Shown here: positions 8,526 through 18,364 of the stretch, piece after piece
Numbering within the stretch: position 1 is the first letter of the stretch
How the letters are laid out: each line of letters opens with the position of its first letter
From: an uncultured Bacilli bacterium
GTDB lineage: Bacteria > Bacillota_I > Bacilli_A > RFN20 > CAG-826
DNA: 45,944 nt
NCBI GenBank assembly: GCA_944368945.1
Contig: CALVXH010000002.1
Location: 1-45,944, forward strand
Direction: 5' to 3'
The notes under the pieces: generated by a model
Seen by the model: only the letters and a program-made list of their open reading frames with translations
Told to the model about the DNA's origin: nothing
Database searches by the model: none
Made by a program: the position numbers and the translations under genes

Positions 8526-8617
8526 AAATTAATTTTATCATATTCGCATGTTTATAAAAACAATGCATTTTTTCAATAAAATTTAAATTGCTTCGATTAA
8601 ATCGATATTTTGCAAAC

Positions 8618-8702
8618 AAAAAACCATTGCACAGATGAATAGAAATCTTAAGGCTGCTATGTTTCCATCCTGACCTGGTTCGAAGTATTCACTCGCAATG
8701 GC
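8618..8702 (-). ncRNA. ffs: small (4.5S-type) signal recognition particle RNA
   Basis: The minus-strand RNA is GCCAUUGCGAGUGAAUACUUCGAACCAGGUCAGGAUGGAAACAUAGCAGCCUUAAGAUUUCUAUUCAUCUGUGCAAUGGUUUUUU. ACCAGGUCAGG...GNRA loop (AUG-GAAA-CAU)...AGCAGCC matches the universally conserved domain IV (E. coli ACCAGGUCAGGUCCGGAAGGAAGCAGCC). The 5' GCCAUUGC pairs with the 3' GCAAUGGU, followed by U6. TATAAT lies at 8714-8709, 6 nt upstream of the proposed 5' end. Confidence 0.8.
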
Positions 8703-8727
8703 TTTAATATTATACAATAAAGAAAAA

Positions 8728-10005
8728 TTATTTAATAGGTTTAATTACTTTAATTCCACCCATAAATGGTTGGAGAACTTCTGGTACTAAAACACTTCCA
8801 TCTTCTTGTTGATATTGTTCAAGAATAGCTGGGAAAACACGTGATGTAGCTAATCCACTACCATTAAGTGTATGCATGTAATGCACTTTACCATCTTTAT
8901 CTCTATAACGCATCATGCCTCTTCTAGCTTGATAACTTCTTGCATTAGAAACACTACTAACTTCTTTATAAATATCAATAGATGGTAAATAGACTTCTAA
9001 GTCATAAGTTCTAGCCATTGAATGAGAACAATCAGCAGCAGCTAACTTTGAAATTCTAAAATGTAAACCTAATTTTTCTAATAAAGTTTTAGCTTTATTT
9101 ACTAATTCTTCAAATGCTCTATCGCTATCATCCTCTTTAGTATATTCAACCATTTCAACTTTATTAAATTGATATCCTCTAATCATGCCTCTTTCTTCAG
9201 TTCTATACGAGCCTGCTTCTTTACGGTAACAAGGGGTATATGCAAAGAATTTTTTAGGCAATTCATCTTCTGATAAGATTTCATTTCTATAATAGTTAAC
9301 TAAAGCAGTTTCAGCAGTTGGAAGAAGGAACTTCATTGGCTCAACGCCTTTAATTTCAAAAACATCTCCTTCGAACTTAGGGAATTGTCCTGCTGTAAAG
9401 CCACTTTCATAGTTTAATAAGTGTGGAGGTAACATGAATGTAAATCCATCTTTTAAATGTTCACTAATAAAGAAATTGATTAAAGCCCATTCAAGTCTTG
9501 CTCCTAAATTTGTATAGAACCATGTTCCATGGCCGCTAATTTTTGCAGCTCTGTCATAATCAATTAATCCTAATGATTCTGCAAGTTCTACATGGTTTTT
9601 AATTTTAAATCCAAATTTTGGCTTTTCTTTAAAGTATGAAATTGGTTTATTGTTTTCTTTTCCACCAGGTAAAAGGTCTTCATCTGGTAAATTTGGTAAA
9701 GCAAAAAGAATTTTATTGATTTCTTCTTCAAGTTTTTCTAATTTTGCTTCATTTTCTTTATTTTCGCTAGCTAACGCTTTTACTTTAGCAAAAATTTGAT
9801 TTACATCTCCGCCTTCTTTTTTTACTTGTGGAACAGACTTAGATAATTTGTTTTGTTCAGCTTTATTATCTTCAACTTGCTTTTGTATCTTACGTTTTTC
9901 CTCAACATTTTCACATAAGGTGTCAATGTCAGCATCAAAAAGCTTTCTCTTCAAGAGTTCTTTGACATGTTCCTTATTTTGCATGATGTAATTAATATCT
10001 ATCAT
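8728..10005 (-). CDS. serS: seryl-tRNA synthetase
   Basis: 425 aa with an N-terminal coiled-coil arm and a class II core (FAYTPCYRKEAGS, RGMIRGYQFNKVE, TLNGSGLATSR). Confidence 0.95.
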   Translation of the reverse strand: MIDINYIMQNKEHVKELLKRKLFDADIDTLCENVEEKRKIQKQVEDNKAEQNKLSKSVPQVKKEGGDVNQIFAKVKALASENKENEAKLEKLEEEINKILFALPNLPDEDLLPGGKENNKPISYFKEKPKFGFKIKNHVELAESLGLIDYDRAAKISGHGTWFYTNLGARLEWALINFFISEHLKDGFTFMLPPHLLNYESGFTAGQFPKFEGDVFEIKGVEPMKFLLPTAETALVNYYRNEILSEDELPKKFFAYTPCYRKEAGSYRTEERGMIRGYQFNKVEMVEYTKEDDSDRAFEELVNKAKTLLEKLGLHFRISKLAAADCSHSMARTYDLEVYLPSIDIYKEVSSVSNARSYQARRGMMRYRDKDGKVHYMHTLNGSGLATSRVFPAILEQYQQEDGSVLVPEVLQPFMGGIKVIKPIK

Positions 10006-11051
10006 ACGTTTTCTTTCTCCTTTAACATACGTTTATATAATTCAGCTAATTTTTCTCCGACAACCTGAATACGATTCTCACTTGCGAATTTATATTCATT
10101 AGTTGATAAATCAACTAGTTCTCCAAGAATTAACTCATTAATACCTTTTATTAATGACGCAAAATCATTATAGACATGACTATTGATTTTATCAATTGCC
10201 ATGTCTTGGAATACACTATTTTTTAAAGCTAATACTGGTTTTTTAGCAGCAAACGCTTCCATTAATTCAAGTAAAAATAGAGGTACTTCATTAAGCAAAA
10301 TAACTCCGCTAGATCTATAAAGCATTGAATAATAAACATCCTCTTCTAAATTGTTAGCAATAATGATATTCCATGGATGCTTTTTAAAAATTTTCTTAAC
10401 ACTTTTTGCTTCTTTTAAATTTAAATCTTGTGAATAAATAATAAATCTATAGTTCTTAAAAATGTTTGCTAAGTTTAATACCTTATTTGCAGCTTCTGTA
10501 TCTGTGTAATCTAATGGTACTAAAAAATATTTACTATTTTCTTCAAAGTGAAAATAAATATAAACAATATTAGCAATCTCTGTTTGATCAAGTTTTAATT
10601 TGCTTAATTTAACAGATGGGTTTAATACTTCAACTTTTGAAACAACTCCTTCGTTAAGAAGTAGTTTTTTAGCTTCTTCAGAAGGAACTAAAACATAATC
10701 AAAACTATTAAGAATATTTAAATCTTTTTTTGAAATATGATATTCAAATTCTTTAGTTTCTTTATTCTTAACTCTATTTAGTAACCTTCCCTTACTATCG
10801 CTTTCAGTAGACAAAACACTAACTGCCTTTATAATTGTTTTATTTTTAAAGTAATTGAATTTGTTATAATCTTCAAAATTTAAGAAATGAACAATTTTAA
10901 TGTTTTCATCAATCGGTGAATTTATATATTTAACATTATTTAATTCTAAGCCATTTTTTAAATTTCTTCTTAACCTAGCTTCTTCTACATTAGCAAAGTA
11001 ATTGCGTTCTTTAGAAAATAAATATACATCAATTTTAACTTGGTTTTGCAT
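10002..11051 (-). CDS. hypothetical protein, divergent GT-B (glycosyltransferase family 1/4)-like
   Basis: 349-aa ORF filling the gyrA-serS gap. The C-terminal region NEVPLFLLELMEAFAAKKPVLALKNSVFQDM resembles the E..G....EAMA.G.PV.A motif of GT1/GT4 enzymes. The N-terminal half has no recognisable motif and no SD precedes the ATG. A 4-nt overlap joins it to serS. Confidence 0.4.
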   Translation of the reverse strand: MQNQVKIDVYLFSKERNYFANVEEARLRRNLKNGLELNNVKYINSPIDENIKIVHFLNFEDYNKFNYFKNKTIIKAVSVLSTESDSKGRLLNRVKNKETKEFEYHISKKDLNILNSFDYVLVPSEEAKKLLLNEGVVSKVEVLNPSVKLSKLKLDQTEIANIVYIYFHFEENSKYFLVPLDYTDTEAANKVLNLANIFKNYRFIIYSQDLNLKEAKSVKKIFKKHPWNIIIANNLEEDVYYSMLYRSSGVILLNEVPLFLLELMEAFAAKKPVLALKNSVFQDMAIDKINSHVYNDFASLIKGINELILGELVDLSTNEYKFASENRIQVVGEKLAELYKRMLKEKENV

Positions 11052-11066
11052 TGTTTTTGTTTAAAA

Positions 11067-13703
11067 TTATTCGTTATTAGAAGAATTTTCAGTTGTGTTA
11101 TTTGTGTCTTCTACAGATTCAACTTCGGTATTTTCACTATTAATATCTTCTTCGCTTTCTTCTTCAGGAGGTAAAACAGTGAAGCTAGAAACTCTTTCGT
11201 TTTCTTTTAAATTAATAATTTTTACACCACTACTGTTTCTTCCACAAACTCTTACTTGAGAAATTGGAGAACGTATTACTTGTCCGTTATTTGTTATGAC
11301 AATATAATCTTCACTACCATTAATAACTTTCATACCAACAAGGTCACCAGTTTTTTCTGTAATTTTAATAGTAATAACACCACTAGCACCACGCTTTGTA
11401 AGTCTATAATCTTCAATATTAGAAATCTTGCCTAATCCTTTTTCACTTAATGCTATAACTTTATCTCCGTACTGATCAGTAGATAAATCAACTAATTCTG
11501 CTCCATCTTCAAGATTCATTCCTCTAACACCAGCAGCGGTTCTGCCCATAGCTCTAACGTCTGTTTCTTCAAACATACAAAGTTTTCCTTTATTGCTTGC
11601 AAGTAAGATTTTGCAATTTCCATTTGTTACTTTGACATCTAAAAGGTTATCACCTTCTTTAAATGTTATAGCGTTTTTACCATTGCAATTAATACGCTTA
11701 AATTCTGATAAATCTGTTCTCTTTACAATACCGTTTTTAGTAGCAAAGAATAAATAATGATTCTCATATTCTTTTACATTGATTATAGAAACAACTTTTT
11801 CGTTTTTCTCAAGATTAAGTAAATTTATTACTGGTATGCCTTTACCGGTTCTACTATATTCAGGAATTTCATGTCCTCTTTTTCTGAATACTCTTCCTAA
11901 ACTTGTAAAGAATAAGATGTCCATGTGTGTTTTAGAATAAATTGCCATAATAACTTCATCATCATTATAAACGCTCATTCCTTTTACACCTGTGCCACCA
12001 CGATTTTGTGCTCTAAATTCTGTAGTTGACATTCTCTTAATATATCCTTTATTAGTTAAAGTAATAACAAGGTCATCCTCAGGTATTAAATCTTCATCAT
12101 CGATTGACATGATTTGATTTGAAATTTGTGTTCTTCTTTCATCACCATATTTTTCTTTAACTTCTTCAAGTTCTTTAAGTACAACTTCTTGTAAATGTTC
12201 TCTTGACTCAAGTATGTAATTGTAATTAGCAATATTAACCTCAAGTTGTGTCTTTTCATCTTCAAGTTTTTGAGTTTCTAATCCTGTTAATCTGCCTAAT
12301 GTCATTTGAACAACCGCTTTAGCTTGAACTTCACTAAATTGATAACGTTCCATCAATCTTGTAGCAAATTCATTTGGATTAGCACTTGTAGTAGCTAAAT
12401 CGATAAATTCATCTCGACTTTCTTTTCCGCCAGGTTTTTTAATATCTAAAATATCATGAACTCTTAATAAAGCTTCGACAATATGCTTTCTAGCTTCATC
12501 TTTCGCTTTTAAGAATTTAGTTCTTCTCTCAACAACTTCAATTTGGAAATCTAAATAGCAATTAATTAATTCTTTTAATCCTAAAACTTTAGGAGCACCA
12601 TTAACAATACAAAGGTTAATGATTCCATAACTTATTTCAAGTTGTGTATTTTTAAACAATTGATTAAGTATTACTTGAGGAACAGCATCTCTTCTGCATT
12701 CAACTTCAATATTTACATCGGTTTTTGAGAAATCTTTTACAGATGTAATTCCATCAATTACTTTATCTCTAGCAAGTTCGCCAATTTTAGCAACTAAGTT
12801 TGCTTTATTAACTTGGTAAGGAATTTCAGAAATAATAATCTTTGATTTTCCGTTTGACTCTTCTTTAATTTGAGTTTTACCCCTTAAGCGGAACGTTCCT
12901 CTACCAGTTAAATAAGCATCTCTAATTCCACCTAAGCCGTAAATTATACCACCAGTAGGGAAATCAGGACCTTTAATTACTGTCATTAATTCTTCTATAG
13001 AACAATCAGGATGTTCAGCAACCATTCTTATTCCGTTAATAACTTCTGTTAAGTTATGTGGTGGCATCTTTGTAGCCATACCAACTGCAATACCATCGCT
13101 TCCATTAACTAATAAGTTTGGAATTCTTGAAGGTAATACTGAGGGTTCTTCCAAACTACCATCATAGTTAGGAACAAAATCAACAGTATTACAATTAATA
13201 TCTTTTACCATTTCAAGAGCTAACTTAGCCATTCTTGATTCGGTATAACGCATTGCTGCTGGATCATCACCATCCATAGAACCAAAGTTACCATGACCTT
13301 GAACTAAGCAATATCTCATTGAGAAAGGTTGAGCAAGTCTTACAAGAGTCATATAAATTGCAGAGTCACCATGTGGGTGATATTTACCCATAACATCACC
13401 AACAATCTTAGCACTCTTAACAAATGGCTTGTCAGGAGTATATCCTCCATCAATCATTCCAAAAAGAACTCTTCTATGAACTGGTTTTAAGCCATCTCTT
13501 ACATCTGGAATAGCTCTACTCACAATGACGCTCATTGCGTAATCAAGGAATGCCGTTTGAACTTCGTTAACAATCTCAGTATCAACTAAAGCAGGAACAA
13601 TGCCAGCTTCTAACTCTGCATTTTCTTGATTTAATTGATCTTGCTTTTCATCTACAGTGTCGTTATTTTCTGTATTTTCTATCTTTTTTTCATCGTTTTC
13701 CAT
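11067..13703 (-). CDS. gyrA: DNA gyrase subunit A
   Basis: [24 protein letters not shown], active-site AAMRYTE and C-terminal beta-pinwheel repeats; acidic N- and C-terminal extensions. Confidence 0.97.
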   Translation of the reverse strand: MENDEKKIENTENNDTVDEKQDQLNQENAELEAGIVPALVDTEIVNEVQTAFLDYAMSVIVSRAIPDVRDGLKPVHRRVLFGMIDGGYTPDKPFVKSAKIVGDVMGKYHPHGDSAIYMTLVRLAQPFSMRYCLVQGHGNFGSMDGDDPAAMRYTESRMAKLALEMVKDINCNTVDFVPNYDGSLEEPSVLPSRIPNLLVNGSDGIAVGMATKMPPHNLTEVINGIRMVAEHPDCSIEELMTVIKGPDFPTGGIIYGLGGIRDAYLTGRGTFRLRGKTQIKEESNGKSKIIISEIPYQVNKANLVAKIGELARDKVIDGITSVKDFSKTDVNIEVECRRDAVPQVILNQLFKNTQLEISYGIINLCIVNGAPKVLGLKELINCYLDFQIEVVERRTKFLKAKDEARKHIVEALLRVHDILDIKKPGGKESRDEFIDLATTSANPNEFATRLMERYQFSEVQAKAVVQMTLGRLTGLETQKLEDEKTQLEVNIANYNYILESREHLQEVVLKELEEVKEKYGDERRTQISNQIMSIDDEDLIPEDDLVITLTNKGYIKRMSTTEFRAQNRGGTGVKGMSVYNDDEVIMAIYSKTHMDILFFTSLGRVFRKRGHEIPEYSRTGKGIPVINLLNLEKNEKVVSIINVKEYENHYLFFATKNGIVKRTDLSEFKRINCNGKNAITFKEGDNLLDVKVTNGNCKILLASNKGKLCMFEETDVRAMGRTAAGVRGMNLEDGAELVDLSTDQYGDKVIALSEKGLGKISNIEDYRLTKRGASGVITIKITEKTGDLVGMKVINGSEDYIVITNNGQVIRSPISQVRVCGRNSSGVKIINLKENERVSSFTVLPPEEESEEDINSENTEVESVEDTNNTTENSSNNE

Positions 13704-13728
13704 GCAAATACCTCATATTTTCTAAAAA

Positions 13729-15828
13729 TTAGATATCAAGATTCTTAACGAATCTAGCATTTTCTTCAATAAAGGTTGAACGTGGTTCAACATCTTCACC
13801 CATTAAATCATTAAATACTTGATCTGCTGCAATAGCGTCATCTACAGTAACTCTAAGCATTTTTCTTTCTTTAGGATCCATTGTAGTTTCCTCAAGTTGT
13901 TGAGGATCCATTTCACCTAATCCTTTATATCTTTGGTATGGATATCCAGGTTTTAAATCAAGTGTTTTTCTAATAACATTAAGTTGTTCATCATTATATG
14001 CGTAATATGCTTTTCCTTTATACTCTATTTTATATAGAGGAGGTTGAGCGATATAAACAAAGCCATGATCAATAAGTGGTTTCATAAATCTATGGAAGAA
14101 TGTTAATAACAATATTCTAATATGGGAACCATCGACATCAGCATCAGTCATAATAACAATCTTATGGTAACGAATTTTACTAATATCAAAATCTTCACCA
14201 AAACCAGCACCAATTGCACTAATCATATTTCCAATTTCAGCATTTTCAAAAATACGATGTGCTTGTGCTTTTTGAACATTAAGTATTTTACCTCTTAAAG
14301 GCATAATAGCTTGAGTTCTAGGATCTCTGCCTTGCTTTGCGCTTCCACCAGCTGAATTACCCTCAACAATGAATAATTCACATTCTTCAGGATTGTTAGA
14401 TGAACAATCACTCAATTTACCAGGTAATGTTGTAGGTTCAAGACCCGTTTTTCTTCTGATATTTTCTCTAGCTGCTCTAGCAGCAAGTCTAGCGTCATAA
14501 GCTCCTTTGACTTTTTGTAAAATTTCTGTAGCAATATCTTTATTTTCTAATAAGAACCTATTTAATTGCTCACCAAAGATGTTAGAAACAATCTTTTTAA
14601 CTTCAAGGTTACCAAGTTTACCTTTTGTTTGCCCTTCATATTGTGGGTTAGGGTGCTTGACAGAAATAATAGCAGTTAATCCTTCTAAGCAGTCATCTAG
14701 AGTAATTCTTTCTTTATCACTATCTTTTAAGAATTTATTGTCTCTTGCGTAGTTATTTAATACACGTGTTAAAGCAAGGTTGAAACCTTCTTCATGCATA
14801 CCACCATTTCCAGTAGAAACATTATTACAATATGAATAGACATTATGGTTATAGCCATTTGTATATTGTAAAGCGACTTCACAATAAATTAATTCTTCAA
14901 CACCATTATCATCAAATTTTTGAGCACCTTCTGAATAGATGATTTGTGGGAATAATACGTTTGCATTTCTATTTATATATGAAACATATTCTTTAATACC
15001 ACCATCAAATTTAAATTTTTCTTCAAGATTAGGAGTAACTCTTAAATCCTTTAATATGATTGTAATGCCTTTATTCAAAAAAGCCATTTGTCTTAAACGT
15101 GTTTTAATCGTTTCATAACTAAAGATTGTTGTTTCTTTAAAAATAGTTGGATCAGGTTTAAATGTGACAGTTGTGCCATGATCTGTACAATCTCCGATTC
15201 TTTTTAATCTATCTACAGCATGACCACCATTTTCAAATCTTATATAGTAAATTCCGCCATCCTTATGGACAGTAACATCAACGAAAGTAGAAAGAGCGTT
15301 AACAACACTAGCACCAACACCATGAAGACCGCCACTTACTTTATAGCCTCCACCTTCGCCAAATTTTCCACCAGCATGTAGGACTGTATAAACTGTTTCA
15401 ACGCCACTAAGACCAGTCTTTTTAACTATATCAACTGGAATACCTCTACCATTATCAATAACAGTAATTGTATTTTCAGGATTAATTAAAACTGTAATAG
15501 TATCACAATACCCAGCTAAAGCTTCATCGATACCATTATCAACAATTTCCCAAACAAGGTGATGAAGACCTGTAGATGAAGTTGAACCAATATACATACC
15601 TGGTCTCATTCTAACTGCTTGTAAGCCATCTAAGACTGAAAGGTTATCACTTGTATAATTAGCATCAGCTTTTTCTAAAGCTTTTTCATCATCAACATCG
15701 ATAATTTCTTCACTAATTTTACTATCAATGTTTTTCTCTTGTTCATCGAAACCTTCCTTGTCACTAATCTTCTCGTTTAATTCGTTAGAGTCATTAGTAA
15801 CAACTTCTTTATTCTCTTTTTCTTCCAT
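13729..15828 (-). CDS. gyrB: DNA gyrase subunit B
   Basis: GLQAVRMRPGMYIG, GHKL ATPase motifs, Toprim EGNSAGGSAKQGRD and PLRGKILNV. The start is 1 nt after the recF stop, with AAGGAG upstream. Confidence 0.97.
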   Translation of the reverse strand: MEEKENKEVVTNDSNELNEKISDKEGFDEQEKNIDSKISEEIIDVDDEKALEKADANYTSDNLSVLDGLQAVRMRPGMYIGSTSSTGLHHLVWEIVDNGIDEALAGYCDTITVLINPENTITVIDNGRGIPVDIVKKTGLSGVETVYTVLHAGGKFGEGGGYKVSGGLHGVGASVVNALSTFVDVTVHKDGGIYYIRFENGGHAVDRLKRIGDCTDHGTTVTFKPDPTIFKETTIFSYETIKTRLRQMAFLNKGITIILKDLRVTPNLEEKFKFDGGIKEYVSYINRNANVLFPQIIYSEGAQKFDDNGVEELIYCEVALQYTNGYNHNVYSYCNNVSTGNGGMHEEGFNLALTRVLNNYARDNKFLKDSDKERITLDDCLEGLTAIISVKHPNPQYEGQTKGKLGNLEVKKIVSNIFGEQLNRFLLENKDIATEILQKVKGAYDARLAARAARENIRRKTGLEPTTLPGKLSDCSSNNPEECELFIVEGNSAGGSAKQGRDPRTQAIMPLRGKILNVQKAQAHRIFENAEIGNMISAIGAGFGEDFDISKIRYHKIVIMTDADVDGSHIRILLLTFFHRFMKPLIDHGFVYIAQPPLYKIEYKGKAYYAYNDEQLNVIRKTLDLKPGYPYQRYKGLGEMDPQQLEETTMDPKERKMLRVTVDDAIAADQVFNDLMGEDVEPRSTFIEENARFVKNLDI

Positions 15829-15829
15829 A

Positions 15830-16903
15830 CTACTGCTCCTTTTTTATTGTATTCTCCCCACAAATAAAGTAATTTTCCTCGCAAAACTCACTTTTTTTGG
15901 TGTTTGTTATAAAAACTTGATTAAGATTTTTTAAAAAGTCTATTAAGTTCTTTTCACGTGTTTTATCTAATTCACTAAGTACATCATCTAAAATTATTAC
16001 TGGTAATTTATCTTCGTCTTTCACTAAGAAGTAAGGAGATAATTTAAGGGTAATAACAGATAATCTATTTTCGCCTTGAGATCCATATAAAGCTAAATTT
16101 CTATCTCCTAGATACATCTCAAAGTCTTCTTTTTGTACTCCAACTGTTGTAACTTTTCGCTTTATATCATTATTTAAATTATCAGTAAAAATTTTTAACG
16201 CTTTTTCTTCATACTTCTCTTCGTCGTCAATGAATGCTTTATATTTTATTGATAGATTTTCCTCACTTGAAGAAATTTTCGCGTATACACCAGGTAGAAG
16301 TTTATTTAAATCGCTTATAAAACGTTTCCTAGTGAGATAAATTTCTTTTGATAGTTTTACAATCTGATGTGTTAAAACATCAATGAGGTTTAAATTCAGA
16401 TTAATGCTTTTTAATGCATCATTCCTTTCTTTAAGTAATTTTTCGTAACTTATCAATAAAAACAAATAACTTTTATCGAATTTAGAGATTGTTTGATTTA
16501 AGTAATTACGTCTTAATCTTGGTGAATCTTTAAGTAATGATGTATCTTTAGGAATGAAAGAAAGTACATTAATTACATCGATTAATCCGCTTAACTTATT
16601 TACAGGCTTTTTATTTAAACTGACTTTCTTACCTTCCTTTCTGAACTGTATTTCAATTTCTTTAGATAGTTCACCACTTGTAATAGTGGCGTTAATTGTA
16701 GCGAATAAGGCATCCTTATTAATCATTTCTTCATTTTGCGAAGCTCTAAACGATTTTGCAAAACTTAACGCGTAGATGGCTTCTATGAGGTTTGTTTTGC
16801 CTTTTGCGTTATCTCCTACAATGTAATTAAATCCATCATAAAAATCGATATCGAGAGATTTGTAATTTCTAAAATTAATAAGTCTTAAATTTTTAACCTT
16901 CAT
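15830..16903 (-). CDS. recF: DNA replication/repair protein RecF
   Basis: N-terminal NFRNY...VGDNAKGKTNL Walker A, SMC-like signature GSQGE and Walker B ILDDV. Confidence 0.93.
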   Translation of the reverse strand: MKVKNLRLINFRNYKSLDIDFYDGFNYIVGDNAKGKTNLIEAIYALSFAKSFRASQNEEMINKDALFATINATITSGELSKEIEIQFRKEGKKVSLNKKPVNKLSGLIDVINVLSFIPKDTSLLKDSPRLRRNYLNQTISKFDKSYLFLLISYEKLLKERNDALKSINLNLNLIDVLTHQIVKLSKEIYLTRKRFISDLNKLLPGVYAKISSSEENLSIKYKAFIDDEEKYEEKALKIFTDNLNNDIKRKVTTVGVQKEDFEMYLGDRNLALYGSQGENRLSVITLKLSPYFLVKDEDKLPVIILDDVLSELDKTREKNLIDFLKNLNQVFITNTKKSEFCEENYFICGENTIKKEQ

Positions 16904-17126
16904 TGCTAATTTCTAAAATTATAGAGTTATCGATATTTACAACATAACCCTTGTATAATTTTTTTCCTCTCATTTTGCAATATTCATTGTTAACAAAAAT
17001 TTCATGTTCTTGAATATATTCTTTAGCCATAGCTCCGCTAGGAATTAAATCAACAAATTTTAATAGTTGACCTAATGTAATATACTCACTTGTGATGTTA
17101 ACAACTTGCTTATTAGATTTAGACAT
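16893..17126 (-). CDS. yaaA: S4-domain RNA-binding protein YaaA
   Basis: 77 aa. ITLGQLLKFVDLIPSGAMAKEYIQEHEIFVNNE...RGKKLYKGYVV resembles B. subtilis YaaA. Conserved dnaN-yaaA-recF position. Confidence 0.85.
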   Translation of the reverse strand: MSKSNKQVVNITSEYITLGQLLKFVDLIPSGAMAKEYIQEHEIFVNNEYCKMRGKKLYKGYVVNIDNSIILEISNEG

Positions 17127-17128
17127 AT

Positions 17129-17159
17129 AAAAAACTCCTTTAATATTATATATTAAAGG
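17129..17159 (-). terminator. rho-independent terminator after dnaN, overlapping the yaaA Shine-Dalgarno
   Basis: 10-bp perfect stem CCTTTAATAT (17137-17146)/ATATTAAAGG (17150-17159) with a 3-nt loop. On the minus strand it is followed by AG + U6 (17134-17129). The yaaA SD AGGAG (17139-17135) is partly inside the 3' arm. Confidence 0.65.
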
Positions 17160-17223
17160 GGTTTTATTTTAAAGTTTTTTGTAAAAGTATGTATACTTAT
17201 ACGAGAAAATTATTTTTTAAGCG

Positions 17224-18342
17224 TTAATAAGTCCTTACAGGGGTTATTAATTGAATTACTGAACCATCATTATTATTAGTGACTGTAAATGGTTTCATCT
17301 CTCCAACAAAAGAAATTAATACATCTTGGCATTTTAATGATCTAATTGCTGTTGATACGAAGTCGCAATTAAATGACATTTCAAGTCTTTCACCTGTGTA
17401 TCTAAATAAATCAAGTCTAATATCACTACTTCCGTTTTGTTGAGATTTAGAAGTGATAGAAACTTTACCTTCTTCCATGATTACTTTAACTACGTTTTCT
17501 CTTTCGTTACTTGTAATAGCTCCCATTTCAATAGCTTTTAAGAATTCGTTAGCGTTAACTTCAAGGAAGTAATAGAAATTACGAGGAATAATATTTTTAA
17601 CGTTTGGATAATCTCCAAAAATTAATGTAGTGACTAAAATTGTATCTTTAAACTCGAAAACTACTTTTTTATCGCTTATATATAAATTAACAGTATCTTC
17701 ATTTGTTATTGTTTTAATAACTTCTGACAACGATTTAGAAGGGACATTAACACTAAACATTTCTGTATTAGTAACTGCTAATTCTTTTCTTCCAAGTCTA
17801 GCACCATCAGTTGCAGTAAATGTTAAAACTTGAGAATTACATTCAAGATTTACAGCAGCTAAGATTGGTCTTGATGATTTTTCACTTGCGCAAAAAGCTA
17901 CTTGATTGACTGCATCTGTTAATTCACTTGCTTTTAATTCAACTTTTATACCATCAATAGATAAATCAAGATCTCTATATTCTTCAGATCTCATTGCTCC
18001 AATTTTAAAACTTGAATTGTCGCTTTCAATTTTAGCTAATGAGTCATCAAGGACTTCAAAATAAACTTCATTTCCCTCGAGTCTTCTAATAATTTCAGTT
18101 AGTATTCTACCACTTACTAGAGTCGAACCTTCTGTTATATTTCTTATATTTTCTTTCTCGTTTGAAATAGCAGGTATTGAAGTAACTATGGTCAATGTAC
18201 CATTTGAAGCTGTTATGGTTAATTTGTCTTCAAATAAATCAAGCTTTAAGTTAGACAATATTGGGTCAACTTTATTTTGGGTGACTCTTCCGGCATTCAT
18301 AATACCTTTTAAAAACTCTTCTCTGTTAATTGTAAATTTCAT
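17224..18342 (-). CDS. dnaN: DNA polymerase III beta sliding clamp
   Basis: 372 aa, three-domain clamp pattern, canonical position after dnaA; SD GAAAGG 8 nt upstream. Confidence 0.95.
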   Translation of the reverse strand: MKFTINREEFLKGIMNAGRVTQNKVDPILSNLKLDLFEDKLTITASNGTLTIVTSIPAISNEKENIRNITEGSTLVSGRILTEIIRRLEGNEVYFEVLDDSLAKIESDNSSFKIGAMRSEEYRDLDLSIDGIKVELKASELTDAVNQVAFCASEKSSRPILAAVNLECNSQVLTFTATDGARLGRKELAVTNTEMFSVNVPSKSLSEVIKTITNEDTVNLYISDKKVVFEFKDTILVTTLIFGDYPNVKNIIPRNFYYFLEVNANEFLKAIEMGAITSNERENVVKVIMEEGKVSITSKSQQNGSSDIRLDLFRYTGERLEMSFNCDFVSTAIRSLKCQDVLISFVGEMKPFTVTNNNDGSVIQLITPVRTY

Positions 18343-18364
18343 AATTTGTTACCTTTCATTTAAA

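Noticed and set aside
8546-8573. Hairpin (GCATGTTT...AAACAATGC) followed by T6 on the plus strand between tadA and ffs
   Set aside because: It looks like a plus-strand terminator, but no plus-strand gene lies upstream. The stem is imperfect (bulged) in AT-rich DNA, and it probably belongs to the tadA promoter or 5' UTR region.
8593-8605. 13-nt palindrome TCGATTAAATCGA just downstream of the ffs terminator
   Set aside because: It is short and isolated with no associated regulator or repeat copy, so it is compatible with chance.
8671-8690. GGTTCGAA on the plus strand, reminiscent of a tRNA T-loop
   Set aside because: The flanks cannot form a T-stem, acceptor stem or anticodon arm. The same bases are part of the much better supported minus-strand SRP RNA helix.
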